A DNA stretch of 62,774 nucleotides, the filler included, from Dimargaris cristalligena (lineage: Eukaryota), in the NCBI GenBank assembly GCA_003614675.1. It is 28 parts of 28 records of this genome, joined end to end, with 100 filler letters (N's around TTAATTAATTAA, not from the genome) between each part and the next. Parts side by side here need not be neighbours in the genome. Positions count along the whole stretch, not along the records: positions 47,290 to 49,425 come from ML004351.1; positions 49,526 to 51,660 come from ML004352.1; positions 51,761 to 53,891 come from ML004353.1; positions 53,992 to 56,116 come from ML004354.1; positions 56,217 to 58,339 come from ML004355.1; 23 more parts are not named here. One strand, given 5' to 3'. Position 1 is the first letter of the stretch. Each line of letters opens with the position of its first letter. Of this stretch, positions 47,290 through 58,339 are shown one piece after another. Made by a program: the position numbers and the translations under genes. A model generated the notes under the pieces. That model saw nothing but the letters and a program-made list of their open reading frames with translations. It did no database searches and was not told the origin of the DNA.

Positions 47290-49110
47290 ATGTTCCAAAA
47301 GGCTATGATGGCTATCCCTATTGTCTACCAGCAAACTCCGTCGGCTCGTCGAGCCAGCCCTGCCGAAGCCACCTCTGCCCAATCTCGCTCACCCCAGGCA
47401 GCCATGGACTTCCAAAAAACTCTTCAACATCAACATCAACATCCCCAACCACAACCCGCCTCGTCTATAGCAACTGTTACCAACCCCAATTTATTCATAG
47501 GAGACTCCACCCCCAGCAAGAACAAGCCCGTGGGGGTCTCCGATTCACCCGCTCCGCTCCTATACGCTGGTCGGCCCGACCCGCGACCCAGCCTGGACAG
47601 CCGTCCCGACATGGCAGAATCGATCCCCGAACCCCCTGCTTTCCCTCCGGCCCTAAAGCGGCGCATCAAGAAATCGCAGTCGTCATCCTCAGACTTGGGT
47701 ACGACCGGCCGGCTCGGCGATCCTTACTACCAATCATCCCTGGAGCGTGATTCATGTGGCTTCTGCTTCGGTTTGTGGATGTTTATTGCCGTTATTTCGG
47801 CGATTGTACTGAGTGGGGTCGTTTGGCACCGGCAGGAGTCGTTCCGGGTCGGCTACTGTGCCGAACAAGATCCTAGCACGCCCTGTCTGTCAATGGGCCA
47901 CTGGGGCCGGCTCACCCTCGAAGACTTCACCCACCGACCCCAAAATTGGACTAAACTGTGGGAAACGGTGCAACCCAGCTGCGTGCCTTGCCCCCATCGG
48001 GCCCGGTGTTCCAGTGGGAATATCACCAGCTGTGACGATGGCTTCATGGTCCGACCCCACCCCTTGGCCAACCCCGTGTTCCCCTTCCCCGACCAATGCA
48101 TCCCCGACACGGTCAAGCTGGCTAAAGTGGAGCAGGTGAGCGACGAAATCTTCCGGGTTCTGAGTGACCGCCTCGGCCAACTCCAGTGTAACTGGCGTCA
48201 GTACAACCGTCTCATCCGGGACCAGGATGAAGTGGCCCTCGTGGAGGCGAGCGGTCTTTCGGAGCCCCTGTTGTTCGCCCAGATCTATGCCCTAAAGGAA
48301 CCGGATGTGTCGGATTCGGAATTTCAGGAGGTGTGGCAGTTGGCCCTTCGGAACATTAAACAGTGGGACGACCGCCTCGAATACGTGCTAATCGAAACCG
48401 GCCCGGACGAAGAAACCCTCTTCCTGGTGTCGCGGATTGCCAATTTGCCCATTCTGTGCCAGGTGAAGAACGGTGTCTTTTACCTCCTATCGACGTACCT
48501 ACGTGAATTTCTGGGCACGATGGTGGCCCTGGCGGTAGGCTTGTTTATTCGCGCGCGGTACCGTCGGTACATTCGCGAAAGTCAGCTGGTGGCCGAATTG
48601 GTCGAAGCGTCGTTCCAACGGCTGGTCCAGCAGGAGCATCTACACTGCATCGATCCCGTCCAGCACCCTTCCAACGCTCTTTCAGTTACCCAGCTCCGTG
48701 ATGTCCTCGTGACCCCCCAATTTGCGACTGGGGCCGGCGCGCGCCACCGCTTGTGGGAACAGGTCCGGAAACGGGTGGAGCACAATGCGAATGTGCGTGT
48801 CCGCATGACACAGGTAAAAGGGGAGCCACACCGGGTGTGGGAATGGATCGGAACGGCCCCATCTTTTAATGGCGGTGGTGCGGGAGTGTCGGTGAATCAG
48901 GGATCTAATGCCCCGGCCCGTGCGGACGGCCCATCCACCCCGGGTGGGGCCGGTAATAGCCCCATCGTAACTCCGACAGTCGGTGACTATCGCCCCGCCG
49001 GGGGGGACTCCGACGCCCCGGAACATAATGGTGGTCTCTCGGATATGGCCCAGCGTGGACGGCCAGACTATTTGCTGGCGGCCGGAGGGGCTGATGGATC
49101 TAGAGGATAG
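47290..49110 (+). CDS. Inner nuclear membrane Src1/Heh/MAN1-family protein (MSC domain), probably 5'-truncated
   Basis: Disordered N-part, TM1, luminal GYC...CVPCPHRARC...CDDGF...HPL...CIPD, TM2, C-terminal LRD...LWEQVRKRVEHNANVR...GEPHRVWEWIG. Confidence 0.9.
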   Translation: MFQKAMMAIPIVYQQTPSARRASPAEATSAQSRSPQAAMDFQKTLQHQHQHPQPQPASSIATVTNPNLFIGDSTPSKNKPVGVSDSPAPLLYAGRPDPRPSLDSRPDMAESIPEPPAFPPALKRRIKKSQSSSSDLGTTGRLGDPYYQSSLERDSCGFCFGLWMFIAVISAIVLSGVVWHRQESFRVGYCAEQDPSTPCLSMGHWGRLTLEDFTHRPQNWTKLWETVQPSCVPCPHRARCSSGNITSCDDGFMVRPHPLANPVFPFPDQCIPDTVKLAKVEQVSDEIFRVLSDRLGQLQCNWRQYNRLIRDQDEVALVEASGLSEPLLFAQIYALKEPDVSDSEFQEVWQLALRNIKQWDDRLEYVLIETGPDEETLFLVSRIANLPILCQVKNGVFYLLSTYLREFLGTMVALAVGLFIRARYRRYIRESQLVAELVEASFQRLVQQEHLHCIDPVQHPSNALSVTQLRDVLVTPQFATGAGARHRLWEQVRKRVEHNANVRVRMTQVKGEPHRVWEWIGTAPSFNGGGAGVSVNQGSNAPARADGPSTPGGAGNSPIVTPTVGDYRPAGGDSDAPEHNGGLSDMAQRGRPDYLLAAGGADGSRG

Positions 49111-49525
49111 GGATTTTAGAGCCCTCTTCCCCAGAATGGGGGGTGACTGTCCATTGTGCATGGCTCTTTATAAATCACTTCATGGGTTTCTAATATTTTC
49201 GTAATAGACCACCATTGGTGTGGGGTATTCTCATTTCCCTTGACTTGTCATTAATATAAGTTTACCACCCATCGCCCTTACCCATTGCCTTCGAGTCCTG
49301 CTTTTGCTATATCCCCCCCTCCCCGTATCACCAACCTCAATTCTCTTCGTTCTTTTTTTATTTTATTATTATTATATACATATTGGTATTCCTATCTAAT
49401 CTTTATTTTCGCTTTGCGCATATCANNNNNNNNNNNNNNNNNNNNNNNNNNNNNNNNNNNNNNNNNNNNTTAATTAATTAANNNNNNNNNNNNNNNNNNN
49501 NNNNNNNNNNNNNNNNNNNNNNNNN

Positions 49526-51655
49526 TGTTGTTAGCCTCGGAAACAGGGAAAGGGCCAGCCAAGTCAATGGCAATATGATCGAAAGGTTTGGTTGCTGTGA
49601 TGGACTTGGTAGCTTCTTGAATTGTTCGGTGGTTGTTGAATCGAAGGCAGAGCAAACACTGTTTGAGTGCATTGGCAACATCTGATCGCAGATTGGGCCA
49701 GTCAAAACCATCTTGATGAATAGCTGCAACAGTTGCAGTAATACCAAAGTGGCCTCGTAAGTGGTTTCGCTCAATGATGCCAGGTCGGAGGTGCTCATCA
49801 GGTAAGATGAGGGCTACAGTCTCGGTTGTAGGCTTGTTGGAAACAGTCAGGGTTCGAATGGTAGGCAGAGCCTCACCCCCCTCTGAAGAGGTAAAAAATC
49901 TAGACAAGTGGTCAGGGAGGATATTCTCAATACCAGGTCGATGGATAACAGCAAAATCATAATCAAAGAGAATCTCAGACCAGGAGATCAACATAGGGTT
50001 CAAAACCTTCTGGGAGTGGAGGTATCTCAGAGCCTTGTGATCAGTGAACAAAGTGAAGTGGGTGCCCCAGACATAATGATGAAAATTTCAAAGAGCAAAG
50101 ATGACAGCCAGGAGTTCATATCGTGTGACACTATAATTTCTCTCAGAGGCAGTGAGACTTCTTGCTTGAAAGGAATTGAACTTGATGTCTGTGGAATTGG
50201 GGTCACTATCAGCTGTCTGGTACAAGACAGCACCAATACCTTCATTCGATGCATCCATGGCAATGCAGAAGGGCTTCGAAAAGTTGGGAAAGGTCAGTGA
50301 AGGGTCAAATACAAGATGGCCTTGAGCTGCTCGAATACTGCACTATGTTCTGGGGTCCAAACTGCCTTGAGGTTATCACTGGTTTGCAGGGTGTCAAGTG
50401 GAGCTGTGAGCTTGGAAATCATGGGTATGTGTTGCCTGAAGTAGTTGAAGAAACCCAAATAATGTTGGAGCTGTTTAGTGGTCATCGGAGTGGGCCAGTC
50501 CCTGACATTACTGATCTTGCCAGGGTCAACATGCACACCTTGCACATTGATTCGAAAGCCTAGGAGCTTGATCTCAGTCTTGACAAAGTGATACTTGGAC
50601 ATGTTGAGAATGAGCTGTGCCTCATTGAGTTTGTTGAGTACTTACAACAGGTGGTCTTGGTGGTCTTTGAGGGTCAGTGAAAATACCATAATGTCATCCA
50701 TAAATGGAATAGCAAAAGGTAAATCATACAAAAGCCATTGGATCACTCACTGGAATTTAGACAGAAGGCTCTTGAGGCCAAATGGGGCTCGGTGGAAGAT
50801 ATACTGGATACCATTCCAGGTAAAAGCAGTCTTGTGCTGGTCGGCTGGGACAATTGGGAACCGGTAGTAGGCTGACTTGAGATCAAGGATTGAGAAGTAG
50901 GCTGCCCCTGATAAAGAGTTGAAAATATCTGCAATGAGGGACAGGGGAAAGGAATCATCTGGGAGCATCTGGTTCAGTGGCCGGTAGTCATGGCATGGTC
51001 AGATGTCAGTAAGATTACCTTGGGCATCCTTTTTGGGGATGATGAATATGGGAGTATTGAATGCACAGTCAACTGGTGCTATTCCAATGATACTATCAGT
51101 GAGCCACTGGTCAATCAACTTGTTCACCTTGGGCTGGAGCTTGTGGGGAATTGGATACTGATGTCTGTATGTTGTTTATCCTGGTGGTATGGGAAGACTA
51201 ATCTTGGCCTCGGGAATTGGACAGGGCTTATGAGGGCTGATAGCCTTGTTCTCATCAAGGAGTTCTTGCAGGTTAGCTAGGATGGATTCCTTGGCTCTCA
51301 TGTAGTCAATGTGCTCATCATCAAATAACTGGGTCTGGAGTTCATTGGGGGAAACAAGTGGGGTTACCTCATCCAAAATCTGAGGGTGTGCTACTGGATA
51401 AGTGTGGGGAAGACCGGTGATGTTGATCCCTAAGTGTTGAAAGCTATCTCTCCCAATAATAATGGGAGATCCTTCAAAGTCCTGGAGAACTTCAAATGAA
51501 ATACTGGCAGTGTATGAGCCACACTTAACCTCAATGGGGTCTGTAATACTAATTCGGGGTTGAGTCATGGCCATAGTGAAACCCTGGATAATACCAGTCA
51601 CAGGTGTAACTGGGATGCAATGTTCATGGCAGAAGGCCTCAAGAATAACAGACTC
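49526..51655 (-). mobile_element. Ty3/Gypsy pol (protease-RT-RNase H-integrase start), copy 3 of the 20363 family, degenerate
   Basis: 50958..51655 aligns with 20363..21060; LDLKSAY, KTAF, PFGL, FMDD, DASNEGIGAVL, TDHKAL, H-H-C-C, IDLAGP; several stops and a frameshift near 50300. Confidence 0.95.
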
Positions 51656-53624
51656 TCAACNNNNNNNNNNNNNNNNNNNNNNNNNNNNNNNNNNNNNNNN
51701 NNNNTTAATTAATTAANNNNNNNNNNNNNNNNNNNNNNNNNNNNNNNNNNNNNNNNNNNNAGGACATTGTCTGTCACAGAAGCTCCCCTGTTTATCAATA
51801 CTTGTCACTATATTACGCAGACCCCTAGGACCAACCTTGCATGCTGTATAGTCAGCTATGTCGAATTTGCAAGTTGCCAGTAGCAGATCCTCTTTATTGA
51901 AGAATATGTTCCCGCGTATTTTTTATCCTATCCTGTTTCACCCAATTATGTTAGTTTATTCTACTATCATAAGACTATTCATGTTAGCTACTTATGTTTT
52001 ACCCCATTGAAATTACAGTTTAATAAGACGTACCACCTAGAGGCACCTACTATCCTCTAGCTGCTTTCTTCCCTTACTTCCAGTTTTATTTTCTTTATGT
52101 CCTTAGTATTCCAACACTCTTTACGGATTAGTTATTTTTTATAAAATAATAGAAAAGAAAAAGTAGTAAATTATAAGTTTGGTATTCCAATCGCAATAGG
52201 ATTTTTATTAAGTATTCAATATTGGACTATTAAAGCACCTTATTTTTTTGATGTACATTTTCTATACTAAGCTCACTGTGATTGTGTGGTGCTGCAGAGC
52301 ATGGGTAGCTGAAAAGATTAATTAATTAACTGGTTCATTTACTAATTACAAACCATTTATCTCTGTTGTCGTGCTTAATAATCTAAAGGATTAAAGCCGA
52401 CTAACTATGAAGGATTAGGTGTCATCATCACCTAGTTCTATCAAGGAGGCGCGGGAATTCGGCCTTGTTGAAGGATCAGCATCCTTCAGCCATTCCCGCC
52501 ACTCGATTCACATATTCTATATATCACCTTCATTATATACCTGTCTATTATTAGTTATCATTTATATTACTATCTAGTAGCGTTTTCCAGCATCTTCTAT
52601 ACCGGTTTGATGCCTTTACCATTAGTCTGCTCGGCTATATAAAGCCGAGCCAATTCCTATAGTTACTCTTCAGTTAATTACCATTTATTCTATACCCCCT
52701 TTTATAGTTAACTCAATCTATTAGATATCTCCCTTATTCTTATCTATAAAGCGCCCTTCGCATCAACTGCCTGTGTGTTAGCTCTTGTAAACTTGTCCGA
52801 AGCGTAGCCATTTAGCATATTGTGGAATTTAGCCTACAACATCTGTAGATCGCAGTTTAATTAATCAAATATCTCCATTTAAATATGTAAAAACAACTAT
52901 CTATCATATCCTCTTCATTTTATATCAAATTCCTGACAATATTTTCAATATCCATCAATTAATGGAAATAAATCCAGCCAAATTTACTATGCCGTCAGCA
53001 TGGTTACCAATGATTTGTATCACTGTTTATTTTGGTATTTTATCATTATATATATATATTCTTCACTTCTTAGCTTTGGCTATTACCAATTGACTTAGAT
53101 ATATTGAAGTTTTGATTTCTATAAATGAATTGCCTCACCATCAATGATTATTTTAAGCCCAATTGAGAGACTGTTTTGTACTTCTCCATAAATGCTGCTA
53201 CTCCCTTTTCATCAGGTATTTAAACCTCAAGTACTGGCCAAACCAGGAGAAGTCAAGGAAAGCAAGCCAGGTCTAAGTGAAGTGTGATGAAGCAAGTTAT
53301 ACCTCCACCCAGTCATTTACAATTCTATTCCATAAATATTTATTATTCTTATAAACCCCAAATTAGCCTATTTATAATCCTTGCACATTATTTCAATTCT
53401 CTTATATTTTATCTAGTCTATTGTTTTTCATATCACTCAAATCTTTTTGTAAATAAATTTATAAAGAACTACAATATCCTTCTTACTGTAAAGTGCCTCT
53501 ACAACCCCACCATTGGTCCAACTACAACCTGCTAATAGTGGTGTCCCTAATAGTAGTTCAAACCTCCTGCCAAGTTTCCTGGCTTTGCCCCTTAATGATG
53601 TAATATAATTTGAATAGCAGATTG

Positions 53625-53810
53625 TTTTTTATATTGCCTGTTTAGTTCAATGGAGTAGAGTTTTATTTAAAGTGAATCTAAGGCAGGCAACCTTTTGGCC
53701 ATAATTTGCCATCTACAGGGAACATAATAATAGATAATTTAGTCAAAAACCTTCAAAAGCTACAGATGTAGAGGGAAAAGACAGGAGGTAGAATAATGAA
53801 CAGACCCTGG
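53625..53810 (+). repeat. Dispersed repeat family D, interrupted by LTR B
   Basis: Aligns with the reverse complement of 15966..16150. Confidence 0.75.
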
Positions 53811-53891
53811 TGTAAAGAACTGAACTCAAATCCTTGAAAACTGAACTTTATTTGAAAAGATAGGTGATAAAAAGGGAAAGGTGATGATAGA
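53811..53891 (-). mobile_element. LTR family B, 3' end
   Basis: TGTAAAGAACTGAACTCAAATCC... at contig end. Confidence 0.85.
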
Positions 53892-53991
53892 NNNNNNNNN
53901 NNNNNNNNNNNNNNNNNNNNNNNNNNNNNNNNNNNTTAATTAATTAANNNNNNNNNNNNNNNNNNNNNNNNNNNNNNNNNNNNNNNNNNNN

Positions 53992-54156
53992 CTCTATTAT
54001 TCATCTATCTTTTCATTTAGGCTTCCTCTTTTGAGTATAAATACTCCCCCTTGCTGCCACCTCTTGGAACAGCAAGTCTATTATCACCTTTCCCTTTTAT
54101 TATCTATTTTTTCAAATAAAGTTCAGTTTTCAAGGATTTGAGTTCAGTTCTTTACA
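53992..54156 (+). mobile_element. LTR family B, longest 3' segment (TATA box, poly(A) signal, CA end)
   Basis: TATAAATA (~54035), AATAAA (~54115), ...GTTCTTTACA (54156). Confidence 0.85.
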
Positions 54157-55152
54157 GAGGGAAGACCAAACTACCTTATTATAGTATTTGGCAGATTAGA
54201 AGTAGTCTACTATAGATAAAATAATATTAAAAAAAGGGGATACCCTAACTAACCTAGCAAACAGGGCCTTCCCAGAGCTGGTTTTCATTAAAAAAGAAGA
54301 AAAGAGATCAAAAAGGTCATCTTCCCCTACCAGATTCCTAGATAACTCAGAAAATTTCTTAAGCATAGCCCCTCATTGGCCAGTTTTCTGCTGTGAAAAG
54401 GGTTTACTTAATTTATGATGCAGCCAGTGTAGATTGTGTGTATTCATTATTTAGAATTATTAGTTTGGTGATGAATTGCCAAAGGAAAGGGGGCACGGGT
54501 AATCTTAGAAGCTCAAAGGTTTGGTAGGATTGGTGGTTATTTGTATTTTTATGGATTAGTAAGAAATTTTAAAGTATTGGAAGGGTAGTTTAATTAATAA
54601 AACACAGTTCTATATACTAACTGTAAGATTATATATAAAAGAAAGTTAGGGTTTATTATAATTTAATTTAGGATAGGAATAATCTTTTAAAAATTAGTAA
54701 AAAGTAGCTTAAAATTATTGAAAAATAGTGGAAAGTAGTTAAAGAAAGCTAATTTACCACCTAGTCTGGTTGCCAAACATCAATTTACATAGTATAGTTT
54801 TTTTTTGGGCTTTCCTAAGTCATTATTCATAGATTTATTATAGGGTTAGTGATTATTCATCCCTTGTTTTTAAAAAAAGTCCCATCAATGTACCTATCTT
54901 CCATTTCAATAAAAAAATAGTACCACTACACTAATTGGAACTTTCATCCAAATTATTATATAGTTATATTGAACTTTACCCATATCCTTCTTTACCCGGG
55001 ACTTCATCCTAATCATTAAAACTGCTATTATCCTACTCAATAAAACCTACTGCGGGCATTTAGCCTTATCACTTGTAGTTCTTTCTCTCTTCTTTAAATC
55101 TTTATAGTTGCAATTAAAGGTACTTGCATTTACCTTTGAATTTATATTTCCA

Positions 55153-56116
55153 ACAGCCAATTCCTACTAGGCCCTCAGTGCCTGCTATTTACCCAAGGCC
55201 CAATAGGTGTACAAGGTTGTGCTGGCCCTAAACTCCGACTCCCTGCTGGCACAACTGGGACTCGCCATGGTCCTAAACTCCCAGGGCCAGTTTGCCTAAT
55301 TAGTTGCACTACTACAAACCATCACAGAGTAGAATTCAGATAATCATTTGGCCCTAGACAAACTCAGGTAGGTCCATTTCCAAAACCAGGCCTGGGAAGA
55401 GGCCAAGGGGTTGATCAAATGTGCCATCACCCTTCAGCCCCGCACCACAGAGTATTATTTCCAGCTTGGATACATCTATTGGGATCAGGGCAGGACTTAC
55501 CAGAGTGACAAGCTCCTAACCCTCAAGGCCTGGTTGCAAGCCACCTACCTTAATCCCCAGCTAGATATGGCCTTCTTTTGGTCAGGTTGGTTCTACAAAT
55601 GGGAAGCCCAGGCGAATTCCAATCACCCGGCCCTGGCTCTGGTCTAGTGGGCCCTCAAATGCTACCAATGGGCTTTTGAACTCAATCCCCGGAACAACAG
55701 TGACACCACCTAGTAGTTGATCCAGTTGTATGTGGCTGAGCACCAGTGGACTCTAGTAGCCTGTGTTACCCAAATGGTCATGCAGGTAAATCCCTGGTCC
55801 TGCCGGTTCATTGCAATGGACTATTTGCACCAGACTGGCCAATAGTCAAAGGCTATTATGGCCTTCCAACAGGCTATGAAAACTATGTCTAGTACTTCCA
55901 AAAATACCGAGTCCTCAGCCCCCAAGGGTGGGAGCAACACGGGAGTAGTGGCTTGGGAGGGACTGGGTGAGGCTTACTTCCATGACGGATGGTACAATAC
56001 GGCCCAGTGGGCACTCCAGTGCACCCTGGAATTAGTGGAGCCTAAGGCAGAGCCGAATTTGCCCTCACCCTTGGCCGTGTCTATCCACTGGCTGTTGGGT
56101 TGGGTATTCCGGATAA
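55153..56116 (+). pseudogene. TPR-protein pseudogene resembling superkiller Ski3/TTC37 (internal fragment)
   Basis: One frame with 9 stops: YYFQLGYIYW..DK..KAWLQATYLNP..AFFWSGWFY..ALKCYQWAFELNP..AFQQAMK..AWEGLGEAYFHDGWY; TPR spacing like fungal Ski3. Confidence 0.7.
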
Positions 56117-58084
56117 NNNNNNNNNNNNNNNNNNNNNNNNNNNNNNNNNNNNNNNNNNNNTTAATTAATTAANNNNNNNNNNNNNNNNNNNNNNNNNNNN
56201 NNNNNNNNNNNNNNNNTTGTGAGTAAAGAGGATTGGATAGGGTCAGGGTTTTATATTGTTACTAGGAAAGATAATCACCACAGCACAGTTTTATTAGACC
56301 GGGTAACCTCATGCATGGTGATGAGGAATATGTATCTACTTCTACTGTGCGCCTTAAGGCCCTTCCCCCAACTTGTGAATCATGGCCAGTTTTCCACAGT
56401 AAAATTTCATCTAGATAGGGGAACCACCAAGCTACCCTATACTCCCAGCACCAACTTCAATACAAAGCCTGGCTTTACAGCTTGTGAGTTGTGACCCAGA
56501 TCGCCCATCTGTTCGAGGCTAATTCTTTACCCCGGCGGATCTATTTCCGATTAACTATTGCTAATTAGGACATGGATTGCCAGTAGGTCCGTAGAGAGGA
56601 ACAGGTACGTTCAGTTAGTTTCCTGAGCTTAGCCATGTATGGGGATAGAGAGGCTGTACTTCATGATCTTACAACTTCCTTTTACCCCCGAAGTCGGTAG
56701 GATCTTCGCCTAAATAGCTATACCACTTTTATCCGTGGTTTTCATCATTACCGACCTGTGAATCATTAGCCTTGATTCCGTTTTTGATGGTGGATTTACC
56801 TGAAGTTCAAGGGATCCTTCCACCAGTCGACTAACTGCATTGATTGGGGCCACTCTAGAGCGATAGTCCGGGATCTTACGGGGTGAGATGGGGGACTATT
56901 ATCTACCAATTTAAATAGTATGATATACTGCTTTAATTGCCTAGTGTAATGCGTCGAATACAAGAAAGGGTTGAGTATGACCATGGTTTAAATGAAGAAC
57001 AGCATAAACTAGTCTATAGGGGGGATGAATCTTGCTTGATTGGGATGTCGAAGGGATCGCATGTTGGCTCGAGCGATTGCCTATAGTTTCCCTTAATAGC
57101 AAGATATGGCAACCTATTCCTACCTGTCGAACCCCTCGCCCCACTGGGCACCTTCAGCAAATATTGTCGTTGTGATGTTTTTCCAGTTGAGAGATATCCA
57201 TTGAACTAAATCCAGCGAAGGGAAATTACAATTATATGTTCATCTATGATTATAGAGCCATACTAATACGACATCAACGCCCATCCATAGATGTGACTTT
57301 AAATGGCGCAAGCATAGTTGTTACTTGGTCGTAGTGTACACGATTGTCGACCTGGTCGTCTGTATCGATTCACGTACAGCACGTCAATCCGAGCTACGCT
57401 ATTAGATTATCCAATATAAATTGATATTCCGCAATTTCCTGTCAAAATGCCCTGATGGTGAACGATCAAAATCGATTTTAATTATAGTCCTACTAAAAGC
57501 GGTGTGGACACATTAAGCGCGTACAACGTTCATTAAGTGGGAAAAGTAACAGCGTTGGCCTTACACAAACAGGGTTTGGGTGGGCATAGACACCAAAATG
57601 CATTATCCATTGTCACTTAGACACATGTGCTCAATGATATAAACAGGTTTATAGAGTATACGTTTTATAACTCATCATTATTTGTATTGAGAGTTCCAAC
57701 TAAATACATATACACTAATAGGTTTTGGTAATGGTAACAATTGCATTGTTACATACATTTTGCTGTCAGTTAAGAATCTACATCCCGATACGTAAGATTT
57801 GGTCAATTTGAATCTTACAAACCGACTGTCATTAAAATATTGGCAACTCCAAGGTTTATTGGTGTATTATATTGGAACCGTGGTAGTAAGGCAGCATAAT
57901 GGGGACATAAGGAATAAGTATAAATATATGGTAAGGGTTCCCTGGGGGTAAACGTATGGGTTATTAGTTTCATAAATAGGGCCCTAAAGTCGGGGTGATA
58001 TACGAGAGATACCCTAGTGCTAATAGACCGCGACGTCCCTTTAACGAAATGAATGTCAGAAAGGAAGTCTCGTCAAGTTGATAG

Positions 58085-58339
58085 CTAGGATAAGACGGGA
58101 GGCACTTCGGCCTCGGTTGATCCTGCGAACCAGTTGCTGTTTCGGGTGTTGGTCCTTTCACGTTGCCGGGTTTGACGGTAGTCCCGGTCCGTTGATTGGC
58201 ACGGAGGGTTGGTGCAGGTGCCATTTCCAGCATTGGTCTCAATCACGGGGTCCGTTTCGGTAGCGGGTTTGGGACACGTCGTGGCATAGTCAATGTTGGG
58301 GTCACAGAAAATTCTAGGGCGAGCGGGGTTTCTTTCCCC
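58085..58339 (-). CDS. Possible 3' end (84 aa) of an unknown gene
   Basis: Frame open from the contig edge (GERNPARPRIFCDPNIDY...VPPVLS*) in GC/CpG-rich DNA. Confidence 0.3.
   Translation of the reverse strand, partial: GERNPARPRIFCDPNIDYATTCPKPATETDPVIETNAGNGTCTNPPCQSTDRDYRQTRQRERTNTRNSNWFAGSTEAEVPPVLS

Noticed and set aside
53811-54156. Inverted LTR B ends on both sides of a gap as one TIR element
   Set aside because: Both are the same (3') end on unrelated contigs; flanks give no TSD.
55153-56116. Stop-codon reassignment (TAG/TAA read as Gln)
   Set aside because: Intact genes in the window have no internal stops and end in TAG/TAA; the stops co-occur with other transition damage.
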